DNA from: Candidatus Heimdallarchaeota archaeon | GTDB lineage: Archaea > Asgardarchaeota > Heimdallarchaeia > Heimdallarchaeales > Heimdallarchaeaceae | Assembly (NCBI GenBank): GCA_018238545.1 | Contig: JABCTC010000001.1 | Location: forward strand, 1-64,000 | Direction: 5' to 3' | DNA length: 64,000 nucleotides | Shown: positions 59,376 to 64,000 of the stretch, one piece after another | Layout: every line of letters begins with the position of its first letter | Position numbering within the stretch: position 1 is the stretch's first letter | The notes under the pieces: model-generated | What the model saw: the letters and a program-made list of their open reading frames with translations, nothing else | What the model was told of the DNA's origin: nothing | The model's database searches: none | Translations under genes and position numbers: made by a program

Positions 59376-60518
59376 TTATTCGTTAGAATTTTCATTTGTT
59401 TCCATTAGAAACTTTCTTTTTTTTCTTCCATCAATTCTCTTAAAATGCTTTGCGAATATGTTGGTGAACAGAGTTTCATCTGATTCATTTAGGACTGAAG
59501 ATGATGCTACATAATCTAAATCTGTTTTTGATTCAAAGTCTCTGAAGGCAGTTTTTACTGCTGAAACAACATTACTATTTATTTTTATACCTACAGAAAT
59601 AACATAGAAATTTTTTAGATATATGATTTTAACTTCTCTATTTTTCATTATTAGTTCGCTGGGAGCTTCATTAGCTTTAACAGAATCAGAAATGACTTTT
59701 TTTCCAGCTATGAGCAATCGAATTTCTTCGATATTTCTATCGATCTCATTTTTCTGAACATTGTATCTAATCACAGGTTGTCTGTGCTTTGTCACAAGAG
59801 TGATTTCTGAAGGCAATATGTTTGTAACTAACAAGTTTAATGGATCTAAGAACACAGCAAACCCTAGTAAGCCTAAAGATACGGGGAAAAGGAAAAATCG
59901 AAAAGCGCTTAGCTCACTGAGGAAAGCTGTAATTATCCATATCGCTAAGATGAAGATGGCTATGAAACCAATATCAAGGTTTTTGATGCTCTTTATTTTT
60001 TGGCTTTTTGTAATCAAATATAATATAAGATATGTGAAGAATACTATTTGACTAATAATTAATAATATCCAAAAGGAAATCGGTAATGGCTCCTTTAAAT
60101 AATCAACTTTCCAGACATTATAGATATCATTATACTCGAGATTTCCTGCATTTATTTTCGTTACTAAAGCAGTTGAAGCACCTATCAGAAGTGCAGCAAT
60201 ATAAGAGAAAATCGGTAATTTATCTTCTCGGATGAAAATTAGGCCATTAAAAATTGAAAAAAGTGAAAGTGAGAAACAAATGTTTGTAATTATGATAACT
60301 ATTAGCACAGTTTGGTTGTAAATTTCCTCATTAGGAAATAAGTTAGCTATACTTGCACATAGACTTGCAAAGAAACCTAAGACTACTCCAATTCCTATAT
60401 GCAAATACCCTGCATTTCTAGTTATCAAAAATGCTCTCGTAAATGAAAATATAGCAAATCCAATAAATAGAATTGTTACAATGAGTAAGATAAACGCAGT
60501 TATAGATGCTATAGCCAT
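59376..60518 (-). CDS. 7TM membrane protein with C-terminal longin-like domain (paralogue 2)
   Basis: Seven TM helices; shares IRED(K/R)LP, AG.KVIS.S.K, TAFR.F..KT.L.Y and FKRID with the downstream paralogue. Confidence 0.6.
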   Translation of the reverse strand: MAIASITAFILLIVTILFIGFAIFSFTRAFLITRNAGYLHIGIGVVLGFFASLCASIANLFPNEEIYNQTVLIVIIITNICFSLSLFSIFNGLIFIREDKLPIFSYIAALLIGASTALVTKINAGNLEYNDIYNVWKVDYLKEPLPISFWILLIISQIVFFTYLILYLITKSQKIKSIKNLDIGFIAIFILAIWIITAFLSELSAFRFFLFPVSLGLLGFAVFLDPLNLLVTNILPSEITLVTKHRQPVIRYNVQKNEIDRNIEEIRLLIAGKKVISDSVKANEAPSELIMKNREVKIIYLKNFYVISVGIKINSNVVSAVKTAFRDFESKTDLDYVASSSVLNESDETLFTNIFAKHFKRIDGRKKRKFLMETNENSNE

Positions 60519-60606
60519 CGATAAAATCTGCTAAAGTGGTCACTTTTAAATCTAATCTTAATACCAATAGACTGGAAATGTAAGATTAAAAGAGTAGATA
60601 TGCCTC

Positions 60607-61866
60607 CTATTTTTTCTTCAAACTCAGTTTTATAGATGTTAATAGTAGTGGCACTGCAAGTTTTGGTTTGAAGAAACTCAATTTTGATTGAGAACCTGTC
60701 ATTATTTTAGCCCACATTATCATATAACTAGGACCTTTATCATTACACAATTGCGCAAAAGCATCAATGAAAATGGGTTTTTTAACTAAAACTTTCACCA
60801 TTCGGGTAGACCATTTGAAATCTCTTCCAAAAGTTTTCATCCATTTTTTCTGATATTTTTTCAGACTTTTTTTACTCAAATCATTTTTGTCAAATGCTTC
60901 ATCTAGAACATTCGCGGCAATTTCTCCTGCATCCATAGCGTACTGTATACCTTCTCCAGTTAATGGATCGATCATACCAGCAGCATCACCAACAATTAAC
61001 AGATGATTGTCATAACTTCTCTTTACTCCTCCTAATCTCAAAGGGGCTGAATTCATTGGCTCTATCTTTGCTTTAGGTCCTAGAGCTCTTGATAAATATG
61101 GTTCACCAGATAGGAAACTTAGATGAACATGTTGAAGATCACTTGTTTTGTATCTCCCACCAGGTATAATATAGCAACAGAAAACTAAATCCCCATCTGC
61201 TTCTTTGAACAAAGCTGTATACCCGGGAAGAATGTCTTGAGTGTATAAGCAGACTCCATCTTCCTTGTACTGATGTGTGCCCGCTTTGATGTAGACACTG
61301 CTGCAAACTGCTTGAGGTGGAGTGTTGATAATACCTAAAGATCGAGCAATTTTCGAGACAGCTCCATCAGCTGCAATCAGAACTTTAGCTTTGATCTTAT
61401 TTTGTTTTTTATCATGAGGAATAATCGTCCAGAGTTGTTGTTTCTCAGAAAATTTTACTTCCTTTACATTGTACTCATCAATTAACTCAGCTCCTTCTCT
61501 TTTAGCTGCTAAGACCATTTTGTAATCCATAATCTCTCTTTTAATTGAAATCATAAGATGACTGCCAATTTCCTCTGCTGAGTTGTCGATATAGGTGATT
61601 CTTCTTGGGCTTATTAACCCTCCAATTTCGGCCCAGTGCCCCTTATTCTCCTCTAGTATCTCTTGAAGAACACCCATTGTATTCAAATGTTCTTGAGCTA
61701 TTTGTGAGATAGCGTCTCCGCAGATTTTTCTTCTGGGAAGTTTCTCTTTATCTAAAATTACAACACTCCTACCTAATTTGGATAAATAGAAAGCAGCTGA
61801 TGATCCACTAGGTCCAGAACCAATAATAGCTACTTCATAGATCTTATCAGAATTTATCTTTGACAT
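60607..61866 (-). CDS. Geranylgeranyl-reductase-family FAD oxidoreductase
   Basis: IGSGPSG, PRRKICGD, AADG and VGDAAGMIDPLTGEGI motifs. Confidence 0.9.
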   Translation of the reverse strand: MSKINSDKIYEVAIIGSGPSGSSAAFYLSKLGRSVVILDKEKLPRRKICGDAISQIAQEHLNTMGVLQEILEENKGHWAEIGGLISPRRITYIDNSAEEIGSHLMISIKREIMDYKMVLAAKREGAELIDEYNVKEVKFSEKQQLWTIIPHDKKQNKIKAKVLIAADGAVSKIARSLGIINTPPQAVCSSVYIKAGTHQYKEDGVCLYTQDILPGYTALFKEADGDLVFCCYIIPGGRYKTSDLQHVHLSFLSGEPYLSRALGPKAKIEPMNSAPLRLGGVKRSYDNHLLIVGDAAGMIDPLTGEGIQYAMDAGEIAANVLDEAFDKNDLSKKSLKKYQKKWMKTFGRDFKWSTRMVKVLVKKPIFIDAFAQLCNDKGPSYMIMWAKIMTGSQSKLSFFKPKLAVPLLLTSIKLSLKKK

Positions 61867-61962
61867 CTTATCAATCTAATTTAGAAATTAGGTTTAATTT
61901 AAATTTGGTGCTGGGTATTTTTTAGCAAAAACTTTTAGAAACAAAAAGACTAATGATGGTTA

Positions 61963-63835
61963 GTGCTTTTTATGAGAATTAAAAATATCTTTTTTGGAAT
62001 AATGTTGAGTATACTTTTTGTTTCATCAGTATCTGTGTACAGAAATTATTCTGTTTTAGCTGCTCAAGTAGGTGATGACTTTTTGAATCCTATTATTGTT
62101 CCTGAAGTACCTACCTATAATTGGACACAAACTTCTTTGGTGTCGACTGAAAGTATAAATGAGACAGCTCATCCCTCACAGGCTGTAGACAGCCAAGGAA
62201 ACGTCCACGTAGTTTGGGCTGATTCAACTTACTATACTGATTCTGGTTGGGATTCAGATATTTTTTACAAGTATTTGAATAGAGAAACAGGAGATTGGTC
62301 CACCACAGAAATAATTTCTTTTGATAGTACAGTAGATTCTATAACTCCTGAAATAGCAATAGATCAAGATGATAGAATCAATGTTGTTTGGGTAGAAATA
62401 ATTGCAAATCCAGTGGCAGCTGATGTCATAGATATTTATTTCTCATATAAAGATGAAAATTCGGGAGAATGGTCATTAAAGGAATTCCACAGAGAGCTCA
62501 GACGATTCTTACAACCCTTCTATCGCAGTAGATACTACTGGTGATGTTTTTATTGTCTGGGAGGATTCTACTGATTACGCTAGTTGCAGCTCAGACTGGG
62601 ACATATTCTTTAAGATACGAAGCAAAAGTTCTGATTTATGGTCATTAACAGAGGTCTTATCAACAGAAAGCTCTGGAGACTCAGTTCAACCTTATATTGC
62701 TGTTGACAGTCATAGAGACCTTCATGTAGTTTGGGCCGATTCTACAGATTTTGGTATTCCTGACGATATTATCCTACAAAAAATTGTGCATAAATTCCGA
62801 GAATCTTACCTTTTATCTTGGTCTGATCTTAAAATACTAACAAAAAATCCTGCATCACAAATTCAACCTGTTTTCATTGGGCAAGTTTTATTTTACAATT
62901 ACTTGCCTATTATTTCAATTGATAGTGAAGATGATGTTCATCTAGCATGTTACAATGAAGAAGTGTATGATGAATTTCATGGAATGCTCCCTCCAGAATT
63001 TACTTACAGAATCCTTTATTCTGAAATTGATTCAACCTGGATTAAGTTGGATCCTGAAATTACTCCTTCTAGTGAGGATATAGTTGAAATCGTTATAGAA
63101 TCTATTGACCATCTTGCTCTTGATAATTATGTTATTCAAGTGTATGATTCTATAATTAATTCAAGACCAGCTCTATCTGTTGATATTCAATCTAATGTTC
63201 ACTTAGCGTTTCCAGCTAAATTTTGGTTTTTTGACATGAGAGTAACTATAAGTGACTGTATTTTTTACGTTCAATTAAACTCAACAAACACTCATATAAT
63301 GTTTACAGTTAATGCCACTCTTTCATACGCACCAACTTTATCAGCTGATACAAAAGGAAGAATTAATCTAATTTGGCAGGATTACTTGTATCATAATGAG
63401 AGCGATACTCATCTAGATATTTTTCACGTTAATTGCATTGTTGCCCCTTTACCACCTATTCTAAACGACGTATTTTCTACTAATAAAGAAGTTACACTAA
63501 ACTGGCAAGGTTATGGTTTTGTTGACAAATACTATGTTCTTCGTGATACAAAAATGATAACCGCTTACACAGCTTATTTTCTAGACCCAATTGCTGAAGT
63601 TACAACAGAATATTTTGAAGAAACTGTATTAGCTGGATATGAGTATTTTTATGCAATTATTGGAGGTAATAGTTTAGCTAATGGTACAATTTCTAATTGT
63701 CTTTCCGTAGATGTAAAATTAGGTTTTATTGCTAATTTTGATATTACTTTCTGGACTTTTACAGGGATTGTAGGAGCATTATCCGTTACATCAATAGTTT
63801 CAATTTCCTTTAATATATTTTTAAGAAAACGATAA
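61963..63835 (+). pseudogene. Frameshifted surface protein: beta-propeller-like repeats, FN3-like domain, C-terminal TM
   Basis: ORFs 61963..62544 and 62786..63835 are one gene. The frame of the second is open from 62486 and carries the same S.P.IAVD..G.VHVVW.D repeats. The shift is at ~62485. Confidence 0.8.
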
Positions 63836-63907
63836 TTTCATTTCTCGTTTTTTCTTTTTCTTGTAAATCAAAAAATGTTTATAGCTTCAAAGAATCTTCC
63901 AGATAGC

Positions 63908-64000
63908 ATGAAGTATATGCTTGCACCGATGGAAAAATTGGCAGATTCTGGTTTTAGATATCTTTGTCATAAATATGGTGCTGATCTCACTTTTACAGAA
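63908..64000 (+). CDS. dus: tRNA-dihydrouridine synthase, 5' part (runs off the window)
   Basis: Manual translation MKYMLAPMEKLADSGFRYLCHKYGADLTFTE matches the Dus N-terminal LAPM...FR...GAD..TE pattern. Confidence 0.8.
   Translation, partial: MKYMLAPMEKLADSGFRYLCHKYGADLTFTE

Noticed and set aside
980-60051. Numerous 60-130-aa ORFs antisense to or nested in longer genes (e.g. 9194..9568, 12172..12564, 28973..29368, 59761..60051)
   Set aside because: Shadow ORFs of well-supported genes with no motifs of their own.

Overview
AT-rich archaeal chromosomal segment, most likely from an Asgard archaeon (Heimdallarchaeia-like). This is inferred from archaeal core genes (aCPSF1, Nop2/Nip7, UPF0179, archaeal FKBP, Trm112) found together with a ribophorin-I-like protein, longin-like domains, a Yip1 protein and bacterial-type MutS/MutL/MetK. 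Layout: (i) 1-~775, the 3' end of a tnpB element whose RuvC-III Asp appears to be His; (ii) ~0.8-17 kb, a surface glycosylation cluster (GT4/GT2/ArnD-like/WbpBD-like/archaeosortase) with an embedded BpsA-like aminopropyltransferase and an atypical PLP decarboxylase; (iii) ~17-42.4 kb, housekeeping genes; (iv) 42.5-43.9 kb, a lone tnpB with a rearranged RuvC, bracketed by 21-bp inverted repeats; (v) ~44-51.3 kb, a dense array of different toxin-antitoxin modules (RelE, DUF5678/aspartic protease, a dead RelE, HepT/MntA, MazF, HicBA, VapBC). Most modules in (v) are separated by a same-orientation palindromic motif, TCAAC-CTCC(N3-5)-GTTGA, and one antitoxin is a three-part chimera. This cassette-like array is the best candidate for an undescribed system. 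(vi) 51-64 kb, accessory genes including tandem 7TM-longin-like paralogues, a frameshifted beta-propeller surface protein and the start of a tRNA-dihydrouridine synthase. I found no tRNA, rRNA, CRISPR array, integrase or tnpA. All product calls come from motif recognition by eye, not from database searches.
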